A stretch of DNA of 64,000 nt from Nitrospirota bacterium (GCA_040754455.1 JBFMCP010000002.1:64001-128000), one strand, 5' to 3'; positions 48,360 to 58,318 are shown, counted from the first letter of the stretch. Notes: generated by a model not told the origin, from the sequence alone. Made by a program: numbers and translations.

Positions 48360-48545
48360 ATGGGCGGGAAGAAAGACGACAAGGAATGGAAGCGAGTATT
48401 GGTGAAGTGCCTGGAGGATCTGGGCAAGGAGGGGATTGTCCCTCCGGATGTGAAGAATCTGACCGGCAGGCTTGTCCTCGATCTTAATATGAGCCAGGGC
48501 GGGGTAACGGATCTGGATGTCTCGGTGAAGAGGAAATTTAAATAA
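48360..48545 (+). CDS. Small leader-associated protein, copy 2 (61 aa)
   Basis: AGGAGG RBS; DDKEWKRVLVKCL..PPD..TGRLVLDLN..GGVT; stop 1 nt before RT start. Confidence 0.75.
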   Translation: MGGKKDDKEWKRVLVKCLEDLGKEGIVPPDVKNLTGRLVLDLNMSQGGVTDLDVSVKRKFK

Positions 48546-48546
48546 G

Positions 48547-49581
48547 ATGCCTAAGACCTATAACGGCCTGTTTGAGAAGATCTGCGATTTCGAGAACATC
48601 TATGGCGCATACCTCAAGGCGAGAAAATGCAGGCGGTACCGGGAGGAAATACTCAGGTTCAGCCGCAATGTGGAAGAGGAACTGTTGACGCTCCAGGATG
48701 AGCTGGTGCTGGGCACCTACAGGACCGGCCAGTACAAGCGGTTCTTTGTGTTCGAGCCAAAGAAACGAGAGATATTCGCGCTTCCCTTCAGGGACAGAGT
48801 GGTGCACCATGCAATCTGTACGATTATCGAGCCGCTCTTTGAGCGGAAGTTTATCTTCGACTCCTACGGGTGCAGGACCGGCAAAGGGCAGCATGCCGGG
48901 TCGTCCCGGCTGGTCTCCTTCCTGAGACGGGCGCAGAGAGTATGGGATGAGGTCTATTGCCTGAAGGCCGACGTGTCGAAATTCTTCCCCTCGGTGGACC
49001 ATGAGGCATTGAAGGGCATCATACGGCGGACCATACGCTGCAAAAGGACCCTGCAGCTTATCGATTGCATCATCGACAGCGCGCCTGAAGAGAAGGGGAT
49101 ACCGATCGGGAATCTTACCAGCCAGCTCTTTGCGAATATCTACCTGAATGAGCTTGATTACTTCGTAAAGAACGAGCTGCAGGCGAAGTTCTATCTGCGC
49201 TATATGGATGATTTTGTGATCCTCCATAACGATAAGAAAGTGCTGCATCAGTGGATGGCGCAGGTCGGCGAATTCCTGAGAGAAAGGCTTAAGCTTGAGC
49301 TCCATGCAAAGACCTCTGTCTTCCCCATCTCCAGGGGCGTCGACTTCCTCGGCTATCGCACCTGGCCGACGCACAAGCTCCTCAGGAAGCGCAATATCAT
49401 CGGCATGAAACGGAAGCTCAAAAAGCTTTCTGCATTATACAGGGACGGCAGGATTACCCTTCAGGTCGTGAGGCCGGTCATAGCCTCATGGCTCGGCCAC
49501 GCGAAGCACGCGAGCAGCTATAACGTCGTGAGGAGGATGCTCGGGAACGCTGTGTTTAGTAGGAGTTCATTATCGGGATGA
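48547..49581 (+). CDS. DGR reverse transcriptase
   Basis: PFRDRVVHHA, GIPIGNLTSQLFANIYL, YLRYMDDF, VDFLGY; 344 aa, no maturase/endonuclease tail. Confidence 0.96.
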   Translation: MPKTYNGLFEKICDFENIYGAYLKARKCRRYREEILRFSRNVEEELLTLQDELVLGTYRTGQYKRFFVFEPKKREIFALPFRDRVVHHAICTIIEPLFERKFIFDSYGCRTGKGQHAGSSRLVSFLRRAQRVWDEVYCLKADVSKFFPSVDHEALKGIIRRTIRCKRTLQLIDCIIDSAPEEKGIPIGNLTSQLFANIYLNELDYFVKNELQAKFYLRYMDDFVILHNDKKVLHQWMAQVGEFLRERLKLELHAKTSVFPISRGVDFLGYRTWPTHKLLRKRNIIGMKRKLKKLSALYRDGRITLQVVRPVIASWLGHAKHASSYNVVRRMLGNAVFSRSSLSG

Positions 49582-49635
49582 TGTTATAATCATTATTGAT
49601 AAATTTCAAAACTATAAGCCTAAGCAGTGCAGTAA

Positions 49636-50142
49636 ATGAAAAAGCCGCCGATAATAAGAAAAGGGACAATCAATAACTCCGCCTGTCGGAGAGCTATTAG
49701 AGACCCTATGAGAAGAAAGAGAAAAATACTTATCGTTGATGATGAAGAGTTTGTACGTGCCGCTGTTCGCAGAATCCTTGAATTTAATAATTATTCGATT
49801 ATCGAGGCGCTCTCCGGGCCTGAGGCTTTAAAAAAATTGTCTGAAAAACCCGACTTGATCATTGCTGATTACCATTTAGGCGGCATGTCTGGGTTATGCC
49901 TCTTGATTGAGATCCGAAAGGCCAGTGATATCCCTATTATCATGTTGACCGCGGACTCCTCACAGAAAATAGCGGTGCAGTGGTTTCGTGAGGGAGGAAA
50001 TGATTTTATCCATAAACCTTTTGACAGCGATTTTCTTTTAGTCGTCGTTGAGCGCACACTGCGTTATGCTGCTGCCATGAGGGCAATGATGTCACAGCCC
50101 ACGAAAACCCGTAAGCCTCGCTCGAAGAGATCCTCGAAATAG
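49636..50142 (+). CDS. Stand-alone response regulator receiver protein (start may be 49708)
   Basis: ILIVDDE, DLIIADY, IPIIMLTA, FIHKPF. Confidence 0.85.
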   Translation: MKKPPIIRKGTINNSACRRAIRDPMRRKRKILIVDDEEFVRAAVRRILEFNNYSIIEALSGPEALKKLSEKPDLIIADYHLGGMSGLCLLIEIRKASDIPIIMLTADSSQKIAVQWFREGGNDFIHKPFDSDFLLVVVERTLRYAAAMRAMMSQPTKTRKPRSKRSSK

Positions 50143-50592
50143 GGGCATGATCGCTTTAAGTACGTCCGCTTTTGACGATGACGGGGCTATGGATGAGGTG
50201 CAAGTTTCTTTTATTGGTTCAGTTGTTTGCAAATAGGGATCGACCTGTGAATAAACATTCAGGGCAATGATGATATGAGCAAGCAAGGGGATGCCTACCA
50301 ACTCACCCACCTCGATCAGCCTCTTTGTTATCTCTATATCTTTCTTGCTTGGCGAGGGGTCTCCGCTTGGATGGTTATGAACTAAGATGACAGCATAGGC
50401 GCTATTTCTGATTGCCTTCCGGAAGACCTCTCGGGGATGGATCAATGAATTGGTGAGCGTCCCCCTCGATATGAGTTCTTTCTCAATAAGATCCTTTTTT
50501 GCATTCAGATGCAGCAGATACACATTCTCCCGATCCTCCAGTTCGAGAAATTGCATTGTTTGATAGACATCGGCAGCGTTCCTGATCTTCAT
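50092..50592 (-). CDS. RadC-like JAB domain protein
   Basis: HPREVF..ILVHNHPSGDPSPSKKD. Confidence 0.88.
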   Translation of the reverse strand: MKIRNAADVYQTMQFLELEDRENVYLLHLNAKKDLIEKELISRGTLTNSLIHPREVFRKAIRNSAYAVILVHNHPSGDPSPSKKDIEITKRLIEVGELVGIPLLAHIIIALNVYSQVDPYLQTTEPIKETCTSSIAPSSSKADVLKAIMPLFRGSLRARLTGFRGL

Positions 50593-50806
50593 GACATACT
50601 CCTTATTTTTTTTGTAAAGATTCTACCGAGCAATGATTGTGCCAAAACAAAATAAGAGTTATGAAACTGTTTTTCAATGATTTGGGGGAAGCTTCGGCGT
50701 GATGGTTATACAGAAAATGGATAACACTATTCATTTTTTGTATAACTACAGGGAAGCGGAGGTCGAGAGATATCCCCCCTCTCCTTTTGCACAATCTGGG
50801 TTTGCA

Positions 50807-50828
50807 AAAAGTACCCTAAAAGTACCCT
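50807..50828. repeat. Tandem 11-bp repeat, candidate integrase arm-binding sites
   Basis: AAAAGTACCCT twice, about 110 bp from the tRNA 3' end. Confidence 0.5.
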
Positions 50829-50937
50829 TTGAAGAGCAGAAAAGATACCGAAAATAGCGGGTAGTTACCGATTGAAGCTGTTATGTCTGGACGGTGAAAA
50901 AGGTTATAAATCAGAGGATCTTGCTGATAAAAAAGAG

Positions 50938-51013
50938 TGGTGGTCCCAACGGGAGTCGAACCCGTGTTTTAGCCTTGAGAGGGCCACGTCCTAGGCCACT
51001 AGACGATGGGACC
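50938..51013 (-). tRNA. tRNA-Glu (CTC), probable prophage attachment site
   Basis: GGTCCCA...TGGCC-CT-CTC-AA-GGCTA...GGTTCGACTCC...TGGGACCACCA. Confidence 0.95.
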
Positions 51014-51108
51014 AATTAAGATAGTGTTTAGCTATCAGCATTCAGCAATCAACAACAAACTTAAAACAATCCGGATAAAGCGGATTGCTAAAAGCTCACA
51101 GCCGAAAA

Positions 51109-51182
51109 TGGCTGGGGAGAGAGGATTCGAACCCCTATAAGCAGATCCAGAGTCTGCCGTCCTGCCATTGGACGACTCCCCA
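51109..51182 (-). tRNA. tRNA-Gln (CTG)
   Basis: TGGGGAG...GCAGA-CT-CTG-GA-TCTGC...GGTTCGAATCC...CTCCCCAGCCA. Confidence 0.95.
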
Positions 51183-51305
51183 AAAGTCTCGGTAAAGTGT
51201 AACTTATTACAATATATAAAATTCAGCAATTAAGTCAATACACACCCGGCACTTCCGCCCCGTTCACGGGGTCCGTACGAGCGCTCCTCTGTGCTATAAT
51301 CACCT

Positions 51306-53441
51306 ATGCCTACACCGCGCGGGGATACAAAGAACATCATCCTTCTTGCCGTTCTGTCCTTCGGCATCTCTCTTCTCGTCTTTTTATCCGATGTGCTCGG
51401 CACTCTTGAACTCAAGGCATACGATCTCTACTCACAGCTCCTGAACCCTTCCCGTACTTCCGAAGACATCGTCGTCGTGCAGGTCGACCAGCGCAGCATC
51501 GATGCCCTGGCCTGGGGGGGCGTTAATTGGCCCTGGCCCCGGCAGATCTATGCACAGGTCATTGAGTATCTTTCTGAAGCGGAAGCGGTCTTCATTGATA
51601 TTCCCTTTACCGAGCCTTCCCCCTATGGTGCTGAGGACGACAGGATGCTGGCGGAAGCATGCAAAAAATCGCTCAATGTCTTTCTCCCGGTGGTCCTTTT
51701 GAAGCAGCAGAGGGCGCTGTCTGCAGCAGATGAGGAGTTCCTAAGAAATATTGCATTCCGGGAAAAGGTTGCCACAGGCGCAGCTTTCAGCGCCGCCATT
51801 ACTCCTATCGATGTATTGAAGGATGCTGTCGTCGGTGCGGGAAATATCACGATTACCGCTGATAGGGATGGCGTGTACCGCAGGATTCCCCTCGTCGCCA
51901 GAATAAAGCAGCAGACTGTCCCTCACTTTGCGCTCGGCAGTTTCCTCCGCAAGGGGACACTGGCGGTGCGGCAGAATGCACTGTATGCACGGAATACGAG
52001 GATACCGCTTACGGAAGGGAAGTTCATGCTGCAGTACCCTGGAAAAGGTAGTGCCTTCACCACGCTTTCGGCGATTGATATATTGAAATCGGCGATTTCG
52101 GGCACCGCCTCGGGCGAATCCGTCGTTACAAGAGACTTCTTCAAAGGGAAGACGGTGCTGATCGGCGTGACGGCAGCAGGTTTGTACGATGCCAAACCGA
52201 CCCCGGTTGTCCCGGCAGCAAGCGATGTGTTTATCCATGCCGCGCTTCTCGATAATATTGCTGGTGGGAACTTCATGCGGCAGGCCGACAGCGTGTTTGT
52301 AGTCGCCTTCATACTGCTCATTGTCGCCGCCGTCTGTCTTCTGGCACTGCAGCGTTACTCCTGTGGGGTAACCTTGGCGTTTTTTCCGGCGTGTCTGCTC
52401 ATCGTCCTCGGCGTCACTGTCCTCTCTTTTATGAATGCATGGTATCTGAATATCGTCGCTCCGGTGGCGGCGCTGCTGCTGAGCTTTTCCATTACTGCCG
52501 CCTACCGCTCTGCTGCGGAAGGGAGAGAGCGGCTTTTCATGAGGAAGACGCTTTCCCCGTATATGGATAAGCAGCTGGTGGAGTATGTGCTGCAGCATCC
52601 CTCACTCCTCAACCCTGGAGGCAGGCGGAAGAGGATCACTGTTCTTTTTACCGATGTCACCGGATTTGCCTCGTACACCGAAAACGTCTCTGCCGAACGG
52701 GCCGCAATGGTGCTCCATACACTCCTGAACGCCTTTACCGAGGTGATCATACGGAACAGCGGCGTTATCGGTAAATACATCAGCGACAGCATCATGGCCT
52801 TTTGGGGTGCCCCGCTCCGGGCAGAGAGCGATGAAAGCAACGCCTGCCGCGCTGCCCTCGAATGTATGGATGCGCTGAAGGAGGTAAATGTAAAGCTTAA
52901 ACAGCAGGGACTTCCCGAGATCGCTGTCAGGATCGGTGTCCACACAGGAGATGCGATCGTCGGAAACATCGGGAGAGACGGCCTCTTCGAGTATACGGCG
53001 ATCGGCGATGCGGTGAACCTCGCCTCACGGCTCGAATCGATCAACAAGGTGTTCAAGACAGGGATCATCGTCAGCGAGGAGACGCTGCAGAGGACGGGAG
53101 ATGACTTCTTCGTCAGGGAGCTTGGTATGATCGAAGTGAAGGGCAAGACCCTTCCGGTCAAGCTTTTCGAGCTGGTCGGGGAATCGGGCGCGGTGCGTTT
53201 CGAAAAGAGGGAGCTGGTCAGGGAGTATCTCTATGGATTGACACTCTACAAGGAGCAGAAGTGGTATGCGGCGATCCAGACGTTTCAGAAACTACTCGAT
53301 GCCACTCCACAGGACGGGCCTTCCGAGTTTTATAAACGGCGATGCGAGTATCTGATCGAGCATCCCAAGCTCGCCGGCGACTGGGACATCGTCAATATCG
53401 TCGAGAAGGAACGCAAGAATTTCTTCACCGGCCCTGCCTAG
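51306..53441 (+). CDS. CHASE2-domain class III adenylate/guanylate cyclase
   Basis: WPWPR CHASE2, three TMs, LFTDVTGF, RIGVHTG, GDAVNLASRLE. Confidence 0.92.
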   Translation: MPTPRGDTKNIILLAVLSFGISLLVFLSDVLGTLELKAYDLYSQLLNPSRTSEDIVVVQVDQRSIDALAWGGVNWPWPRQIYAQVIEYLSEAEAVFIDIPFTEPSPYGAEDDRMLAEACKKSLNVFLPVVLLKQQRALSAADEEFLRNIAFREKVATGAAFSAAITPIDVLKDAVVGAGNITITADRDGVYRRIPLVARIKQQTVPHFALGSFLRKGTLAVRQNALYARNTRIPLTEGKFMLQYPGKGSAFTTLSAIDILKSAISGTASGESVVTRDFFKGKTVLIGVTAAGLYDAKPTPVVPAASDVFIHAALLDNIAGGNFMRQADSVFVVAFILLIVAAVCLLALQRYSCGVTLAFFPACLLIVLGVTVLSFMNAWYLNIVAPVAALLLSFSITAAYRSAAEGRERLFMRKTLSPYMDKQLVEYVLQHPSLLNPGGRRKRITVLFTDVTGFASYTENVSAERAAMVLHTLLNAFTEVIIRNSGVIGKYISDSIMAFWGAPLRAESDESNACRAALECMDALKEVNVKLKQQGLPEIAVRIGVHTGDAIVGNIGRDGLFEYTAIGDAVNLASRLESINKVFKTGIIVSEETLQRTGDDFFVRELGMIEVKGKTLPVKLFELVGESGAVRFEKRELVREYLYGLTLYKEQKWYAAIQTFQKLLDATPQDGPSEFYKRRCEYLIEHPKLAGDWDIVNIVEKERKNFFTGPA

Positions 53442-54211
53442 AACAGCAGATTGTAATCGTTCAGAATTTCTTTGGCCAAAGCAATATAGCCCTGGGCACC
53501 CGTCGAGTTCGGCGAATAGAGCACGGCGGGCTTGCCGTGGCTGGGAGATTCCGCGAGGATGATATTCCGCGGGATGACGGTATCGTAGACCTTTGATTTG
53601 AACACCCTCCGCACCTCATCGGCCACCTGCCGTGAGAGCGCGATATGACGATTGTACATGGTGAGCAATATTCCTTCGAGATCGAGCGTTTCATTGAAGC
53701 TACCGCGCACTCTCCAGAGGAGCTTTATGAGGAGGCTGAGCCCCTCCACTGCAAAGTACTCGCACTGCACCGGGACAATCACCGACTCTGCTGCCACGAG
53801 GGCATTCAGGGTCAGGAGGCCAAAGGAGGGGGGGCAGTCGATGAAGATAAAGCGGTATTTCGGTTTCAGCGGTTTTAGGAGGTCACACAAGGTCGTCTCG
53901 CGGCGGGGTTTTTCGAGGAGCTCTATCTCGGCGGCAAAGAGGTCCATTGATGTGGGCAGCACGTGGAGATTGGGAATGAGCGTCTGCATGATGGCATCAT
54001 CTACCGTGGCCTTGCCGCAGTAGATATCGTAGAGGTCCGCTTTTATCTGCTCTTTCTTGATACCGAATCCGCTGGTCAGATTGCCCTGGGGATCAGAGTC
54101 GATGATGAGGATATTTTCGTTTGCGAGGGCGAGGGATGCGGAGAGATTGAGGGCGGTGGTGGTCTTGCCGACCCCGCCTTTCTGGTTCGTTATTGCAATG
54201 ATCCTGCTCAA
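53438..54211 (-). CDS. parA: ParA/Soj family ATPase
   Basis: NQKGGVGKTT, DPQGN, IDCPPS, ESPSHG. Confidence 0.93.
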   Translation of the reverse strand: MSRIIAITNQKGGVGKTTTALNLSASLALANENILIIDSDPQGNLTSGFGIKKEQIKADLYDIYCGKATVDDAIMQTLIPNLHVLPTSMDLFAAEIELLEKPRRETTLCDLLKPLKPKYRFIFIDCPPSFGLLTLNALVAAESVIVPVQCEYFAVEGLSLLIKLLWRVRGSFNETLDLEGILLTMYNRHIALSRQVADEVRRVFKSKVYDTVIPRNIILAESPSHGKPAVLYSPNSTGAQGYIALAKEILNDYNLLF

Positions 54212-54254
54212 ATCGACTCTTTAAGCACAAAAAGTATTCTGCAGGGAACAACGA

Positions 54255-55811
54255 TCAGTCCCACCTATGCACTCCCGATGCGGGGCTCATCTCCTGGATG
54301 TTGTACTTCTTCATCTTATAACCGATCTGCCGTGGGGTAAGGCCGAGCAGACGGGCTGCCCTTGCCTGAACCCAGCCGGACCGTTTCAGAGCTTCGATGA
54401 TTTTTGTTTTCTCGATGTCCTCTATGGTGGAGGGCAGCGCATCTTTGAGCTGTGTCGCATACCGAGCCTTGATCAGCTGATCCTTGATATTGAGCGGCAG
54501 GTCGGATTGGGTAATCGTATTTCCCCCGGCCATGACGACCAGCCGTTCGATGGTGTTTTCGAGCTCCCGCACATTGCCGGGCCAGTCATAATTGAGAAAA
54601 GTATTCATAACGTCGGGGGTGATGGTAACGGATTTATGATTGTCATGGTTGAACCTCTTGAGGAAATGTTCGACGAGAGGAGGAATGTCCTCCTTCCTCT
54701 CCCGCAGCGCAGGCAGAAAGAGAGGGACGACATTGAGGCGATAATAGAGATCTTCCCTGAATCTGCCGCCAGCAACGAGCTCTTCGAGATTCCTGCTCGT
54801 TGCGGCAATGAGCCGAACATCGACCTTGATGGTCTTTTCGCCGCCGACCCGCTCGAATTCTTTCTCTTGCAGCACCCGCAGTATCTTGGGCTGGAGGGCA
54901 ATCGGCAGGTCGCCGATCTCATCGAGAAAGATAGTGCCGCCGTTCGCCAGCTCGAAGCGGCCCTTTCGCATGGTCATCGCTCCGGTAAAGGCGCCCTTCT
55001 CGTGACCGAAGAGCTCCGACTCGAGCAGTCCTTCGGGAATGGAGGCGCAATTGAATTTGACAAAGGGTCCCTTTGCCCTTGGGCTCATATAGTGAATCGC
55101 TTTTGCGACCAGTTCCTTGCCGGTTCCGCTCTCGCCGCGAAGCAGCACATTGGCCTTTGACGGCGCCACCCTATGGATCGATTCGAAGACCTCCTGCATC
55201 CTCTCGGAGTAGCCGATGATGTTTTCGACTTTGTACTTTCCCCTCAACTGCTGCTTGAGCTGCTCCCTCTCCGCGAGAAAGGCCTCGCGCTCCTTTTCGA
55301 GCTCTCGGTGCAGCTTTACCGACTGTGCGATCAGGGATGCCATGATCTTCAGTAGCCGCAGGTCCTCCTCGAAAGACACCCTCTTGGAGCCGAAAAGCCG
55401 GTCGACGCTCAGGACGCCCACTATCTCGTTTTTGAACTTTATGGGGACGCAGAGAAAGGCGATGTTCTCTTTTTTGATCATCTGCCGGGCGCCGGTCTTG
55501 TTGAGGAAGAGCGGCTCTTCACCGATATTCGGAATGACGATGGGAGAGCCGTGTTTCGCCACCTGGCCGATAATGCCCTCTCCCAGCTTGTATCTGCCCC
55601 TTTTGATCTCTTCTTCGGACATGCCGTGTGCGGCGATGATGGAGACTTCATTGTTGTTCCTGAGCGCGACGGTCCCCCGCTTCATGTCGAGGTATTCGGA
55701 GAGCACTCGCATGACGCCCCGGAGGTTTGCCCTGAGGTTCAGCGATGAGCCGAGGAGCTTGCTGATCTCGTAGAGCGCGGTGATTTCGAAGGTCTTATCG
55801 TTATTACGCAT
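54255..55811 (-). CDS. nifA: NifA-like sigma-54 activator (GAF-AAA+-HTH)
   Basis: GAF domain, [43 protein letters not shown]. Confidence 0.8.
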   Translation of the reverse strand: MRNNDKTFEITALYEISKLLGSSLNLRANLRGVMRVLSEYLDMKRGTVALRNNNEVSIIAAHGMSEEEIKRGRYKLGEGIIGQVAKHGSPIVIPNIGEEPLFLNKTGARQMIKKENIAFLCVPIKFKNEIVGVLSVDRLFGSKRVSFEEDLRLLKIMASLIAQSVKLHRELEKEREAFLAEREQLKQQLRGKYKVENIIGYSERMQEVFESIHRVAPSKANVLLRGESGTGKELVAKAIHYMSPRAKGPFVKFNCASIPEGLLESELFGHEKGAFTGAMTMRKGRFELANGGTIFLDEIGDLPIALQPKILRVLQEKEFERVGGEKTIKVDVRLIAATSRNLEELVAGGRFREDLYYRLNVVPLFLPALRERKEDIPPLVEHFLKRFNHDNHKSVTITPDVMNTFLNYDWPGNVRELENTIERLVVMAGGNTITQSDLPLNIKDQLIKARYATQLKDALPSTIEDIEKTKIIEALKRSGWVQARAARLLGLTPRQIGYKMKKYNIQEMSPASGVHRWD

Positions 55812-55964
55812 AGGTATACAGTTTAATAAAATGCTACAAAAATGTAAAGTTTTAATACTTTATTGTATGACCTCGGATCAACCGTCGATTGCGGGGAGGG
55901 ACGGGAAATCGAGTATAATAAGCCCATCAAACGGTCTGTTCCGTCTGACAAGGAGGAGTTCGGA

Positions 55965-56495
55965 ATGAAACGACAGAAAGCCCTTCCCTCAATGATTGTG
56001 GTGTTCGCCGTAGTGGGGACCCTCTGCATTGCCCCTGCTGCCGAAGGCACTGGCTGGAAGCCCTATGCCGAAACAGCCTTCTTTACATTCCATTACGATG
56101 CCGATGATATCAGCTATCCCTCGAAGCGTCTTGATCTCAACCGCGTGAAAGTGGTCAAAGGCTACATTCTCGGCGTCTGGACAAAGCGGGTTCCCAGAGG
56201 GGAGGAAGGAAGGGAGCGGCAGATCGAGGAATACAAGAAATCAGGGCTCTCCACGAAAGGGTATGAGCGCTATGCGCATACTGTTGCCATGGAGGAGATA
56301 AACTGCAGGGAAAAGACCTTCCGCGTCATCTCTGAGACCGATTTCGATAAAGAGGGCAACAAGCTGGGCGCTTTCGTCCAGGAGCCGTCCCGTGTGCGCT
56401 GGAAGCCCATCCTGCCGGAATCGGACCACGATGCGCTCTTCACGGTGCTTTGTAAGGAGCTGCCGTCGAAGATGGTTGAGGTGCAGGAGAAGTAG
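55965..56495 (+). CDS. Exported protein (surface-adhesin E-like)
   Basis: AGGAGG RBS; signal peptide; VWTK..EINCREK..WKPILPES. Confidence 0.65.
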   Translation: MKRQKALPSMIVVFAVVGTLCIAPAAEGTGWKPYAETAFFTFHYDADDISYPSKRLDLNRVKVVKGYILGVWTKRVPRGEEGRERQIEEYKKSGLSTKGYERYAHTVAMEEINCREKTFRVISETDFDKEGNKLGAFVQEPSRVRWKPILPESDHDALFTVLCKELPSKMVEVQEK

Positions 56496-56503
56496 AGAGT
56501 AGC

Positions 56504-56764
56504 ATGGATAACGGTTATATCACTCTTATCGGCTTGCTCGCCGCCACTCTTACGACAGCATCCTTCATCCCCCAGGTCGTGAAGACCTGGAAGCTCAAGG
56601 AGACAAAAGATCTCTCCTTCTGGATGCTGCTGCTCTTCAGTGTCGGTATTTTCCTGTGGCTGCTCTATGGCGTGTTCATTAAGGACTTGCCGGTCATCCT
56701 TGCCAACCTCGTCACCTTTGTCCTCGTCATGATTATTCTATTTTTCAAGCTCAAATATAGATAG
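56504..56764 (+). CDS. SemiSWEET/PQ-loop transporter
   Basis: TTASFIPQVVKTW..TKDLS..LWLLYG..PVILAN. Confidence 0.92.
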   Translation: MDNGYITLIGLLAATLTTASFIPQVVKTWKLKETKDLSFWMLLLFSVGIFLWLLYGVFIKDLPVILANLVTFVLVMIILFFKLKYR

Positions 56765-56843
56765 TGACAAAGGCAGGGATAAACACTTCAAGGAGCCATA
56801 AAGCTCTTCACCGGCGGCGTAGCGGTTTGTCGTTGCGATGCTG

Positions 56844-57179
56844 CTATGAAGGCAGGATATACTTATTCAAAAACACGAACGAGATCAGGATGAAGAGCGA
56901 TACGCCGATCAGAAGCGAGAGGAAGAGGTTCAGCCTGGGGGTGAGGAGGATAACCGTAAGGATATAGGCGACCCAGGGCAAGAGCATGACGATGAGACCT
57001 CTGGCGTACGAGAGAACGGCATCCTGGCCTGTATTGAAATAGATAATCAGGAACGTGCACAGCGTTGAAATGGGCAAGGTGCCGACAAAGGCAGCCAGAG
57101 AGCCCCGGGAATTGCTGGCAAGATACGTAACGGTGCTGGTGACAGTGCCACCAAGGAGAAAATACATCAGATACTTCAT
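56844..57179 (-). CDS. Small membrane protein (DUF3147-like)
   Basis: Four hydrophobic segments; YFLLGG..LP. Confidence 0.65.
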   Translation of the reverse strand: MKYLMYFLLGGTVTSTVTYLASNSRGSLAAFVGTLPISTLCTFLIIYFNTGQDAVLSYARGLIVMLLPWVAYILTVILLTPRLNLFLSLLIGVSLFILISFVFLNKYILPS

Positions 57180-57345
57180 AGTCAACAACCTCAGAACTTA
57201 TAGTATACTACATTTGGCAACAACGCCGCAAAGAGCTCTCCTTAGTTATCGGTGCTTTGAGGGGGAAACTTGATCATCATGCCTTTTGAGAGCAGGGGAT
57301 AAGGCGCGCTCCTGCTTGCGTGATATGCGATACTGAAAGGGGCTG

Positions 57346-58089
57346 CTATATGAATTGAACGCCGAGACGGTAGGTGCCGCTGCTGTCGAGTCGTATACTC
57401 CACCGTACAATCCCCGCCTGATGCGCTATGCCGTTGAACCTGAGGACACGGCCGGGCTCGAGCGGGTAGCGGGCCTGGATCCCGACCCCTCCCTCGCTGA
57501 TATCGATGATATCGGCGGGCAAGGTGATCCTGCTCGGGTTCTCAAGATCAAGGATGGTTATCGAGCAATCCTTCAACTTTGTACAGGTGGTGCGTTCGAA
57601 CTGCCGCTTTTCACCGGCGTGCGGCTCTTTGTGAAAGCCCTCGGCGGTGGTCCTGTGGATGCCGTCCTCAAATGCCTGCTTTGCAATTGCCTTGATCTGC
57701 GAGAGATCGAAAGGTTTGGCGATAAAGCAATAGGCGTTTTTTTCGATCTCTCTTTTTGCAGTATCATCGAGCTGTCTTCCGGTCATTATGGCGATTTTGG
57801 TGCGAGGAGAGATCTCTTTGATCTGTCTCATGAGGTCGACACCGTTTGCGTCGGGGAGGTGGATGTCGAGAAAGCAGAGGTCATAAGGGTGGGAGCTGAC
57901 CTCGTGCAGGGCAGCCTCGCCGGAAGCTGCAGTGGCAACAGTAGTGAGGCCGTCGTGCAGCGATTTCGCCAGCCCGTATAAGATCAAAGACTCATCATCG
58001 ACGATCAAGATTGATTTCATTGCAGCCTGCTTGTGATTAATTTCCCTCTCAAGTGGAGTGCGAAACCGTTCACCGTGTAACAATGGCAA
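57346..58089 (-). CDS. Response regulator with C-terminal PilZ domain (start probably MKSIL)
   Basis: ILIVDDE..FLDIHLPD..AKPF; EKRQFER and DISEGG. Confidence 0.85.
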   Translation of the reverse strand: MPLLHGERFRTPLEREINHKQAAMKSILIVDDESLILYGLAKSLHDGLTTVATAASGEAALHEVSSHPYDLCFLDIHLPDANGVDLMRQIKEISPRTKIAIMTGRQLDDTAKREIEKNAYCFIAKPFDLSQIKAIAKQAFEDGIHRTTAEGFHKEPHAGEKRQFERTTCTKLKDCSITILDLENPSRITLPADIIDISEGGVGIQARYPLEPGRVLRFNGIAHQAGIVRWSIRLDSSGTYRLGVQFI

Positions 58090-58318
58090 AATAGTAGCAT
58101 TCCTGCAAAATTATAGCAACTCTTATACCACTATAGATGGTGGTTGTAATGTTATAACCGTAATGTCCGAGTTGCGGGTGCTCACGGTACTGCTAAGATG
58201 CCCCTCCAATAATGTGTCGATAGAATACCGGCAATGTTTACGTGTTGATTTTGTTGGCATATCGGTGGTAATCTCTTGCCGGCAGGAATACAGGCTGCCT
58301 TACATGGATGGTGGACGA

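Larger units (their letters stand above)
1..50937 (+). mobile_element. Prophage (long-tailed, siphovirus-like), left end outside the window, right end at tRNA-Glu 3' end
   Basis: Co-oriented replication, terminase, portal, capsid, lysis, tail tube, tape measure and tail genes; no sheath gene recognised; host housekeeping genes begin after the tRNAs. Confidence 0.93.

Noticed and set aside
48547..49581. RT as group II intron, retron or Abi RT
   Set aside because: Adjacent avd, the adenine-specific TR/VR pair and the lack of maturase/endonuclease domains identify a DGR RT.
50850..50875. TAGCGGGTAGTTACCGA resembling the 3' end of a c-di-GMP-I riboswitch
   Set aside because: The upstream GGCAAAC/GAAA/GCAAAG elements are absent and no gene follows on that strand.
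1..50937. Transposable Mu-like phage
   Set aside because: Mor-like and MuF-like genes are present, but no transposase is visible. The phage has its own primase and ends at a tRNA. The left arm is unseen.
54255..55811. Evidence of nitrogen fixation from the nifA-like gene
   Set aside because: No nif structural genes in the window; the regulator alone is insufficient.
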